Part shown: in pieces, positions 63,050 through 64,000 of the stretch
How positions within the stretch are numbered: the first letter of the stretch is position 1
Layout of the letters: every line of letters starts with the position of its first letter
NCBI GenBank assembly: GCA_028534125.1
Contig: CM052818.1
Span: forward strand, 19,408,001 to 19,472,000
From: Lama glama
Taxonomy: Eukaryota
DNA length: 64,000 nt
Direction of reading: 5' to 3'
The notes under the pieces: generated by a model
Database searches by the model: none
What the model saw: the letters and a program-made list of their open reading frames with translations, nothing else
What the model was told of the DNA's origin: nothing
Program-made: the position numbers and the translations under genes

Positions 63050-63345
63050 TTTTCTTAGCACGCGTGTGCTTAGCAGTCTCCAGCGATGTCCTTGGTGCGA
63101 GGCTTCTCGCGGGCCCTCCGAATGTGTGCCCGCCTCCCTTCCCCCACCACTGGAGACAAATCTGGCGGGCCCTCTGCGCACGCTCGGGAGCTGGCGGCCC
63201 GAGGCGCCTTCTGGCAACCGGACGCCAGCCTCGGCCTAGAGAGCGACGAGACGCCATGGACAAACGAATCATCACCGTCACCTCCACTGCAGTAAGGGAA
63301 GACGTGAGCCGTGACGGTTGTGGTTCCTTGACCCTGGGACCGCCT
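63050..63345. promoter_or_regulatory. STPG4: Small CpG island, promoter of the downstream gene
   Basis: CpG-dense patch; NRF1-like TGCGCACGC (63175-63183); RFX half-site-like CTGGCAAC (63211-63218). Confidence 0.7.
63256..63303 (+). CDS. STPG4: Probable first coding exon of STPG4/C2orf61 (sperm-tail PG-rich repeat protein 4); the gene continues beyond the window
   Basis: Strong Kozak GACGCC ATG G; MDKRIITVTSTAVRED resembles my recollection of the human N-terminus (MDQPAVATASTSIRED); donor GAC|GTGAGC at 63303/63304; position and orientation just 3' of CALM2 fit known synteny; exon 3' boundary less certain. Confidence 0.72.
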
Positions 63346-64000
63346 TCCTCCCTGAACATTACCCTCCACCTCCAACCCCAACACCGTTCCTGTCACCTGG
63401 TTCCTCCCCCCAAAATCCCACCTCTCTCTAATCCCGGCCCCGTTCACCTCTCTGGGTCTTCCTTTCTCTCCCGGCCCTCACAGCTACACCTGCAGTCTTT
63501 TCCTGATCCGTATTTGAGCGCCACTTCGTTTTCTTTCCTCTTCCTTCGTTCTCCCTTATCCTTCCCATTTGCTCTTTCTTTCCTTCCTACTACTTACTAA
63601 TCGCGCTGGACAACGGCCATAATAGGATTATCAGATTTCTTTCATTTTCCCCTCTGTCTGCCAAGAGAGTTTCTCTTTCTTTAGTCTATTGGACACATTT
63701 TTGCTCTGCTTCCTATTCTAGTGTGTATAAAAATATTTCAAACTACCGTTCTTTTAATTTTTAAATAAATTTGGGCAAGGGATGTTTAGCTTATTTTGTA
63801 TAAAGTGATTCATCCCTACAGAGAATGTGAAGTGGGAGATAGGTAAAGTTTAGATCACCTGTCTTGGGCAAAACAAAACAGCAGTTGCCTGTTACCTTCC
63901 TTTAGATGCTACATGTTTACTTCTCCTTCTTTCCAGCTCATTTCCTTGGCCCCAGGTAGAGGTGGAGACCTGTCTTGACCTGCCTGAAAAAGTTTGATTT

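Noticed and set aside
63064..63600. 178-aa single-exon ORF
   Set aside because: Non-ATG start within a CpG island; only MDKRIITVTSTAVRED looks like STPG4, and the rest is pyrimidine-rich sequence after a splice donor

Overview
Mammalian genomic DNA, not prokaryotic; the short tRNA-derived SINEs and L1 3' ends look camelid/cetartiodactyl-like, which is an inference. Positions 1 to ~42.5 kb are intergenic and dominated by LINE-1, L2, MIR, hAT MITEs and SINEs. The window holds a complete six-exon calmodulin gene on the + strand (CDS 43328-56068, 450 nt, canonical 149-aa protein). Its 5' and 3' UTRs identify it as CALM2, behind a CpG-island promoter. A second CpG island at ~63.1-63.3 kb carries what appears to be the first coding exon of STPG4 (C2orf61), the known downstream neighbour of CALM2. 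There are three N gaps (34329-34828, 51095-51194, 56444-56943); the last produces a false 199-bp duplication in the CALM2 3' UTR. I find no support for a new multi-gene system. The best leads are: (i) an L1 fused to an mRNA-3'UTR-like tail whose terminal ~60 bp recurs as a separate insertion in CALM2 intron 2; (ii) a well-bounded upstream 69-nt exon that would give an N-terminally extended calmodulin; (iii) a probable L1 3' transduction; (iv) a perfect 54-bp dispersed duplication upstream of the promoter. Repeat family names are by-eye recognition and repeat boundaries are approximate.
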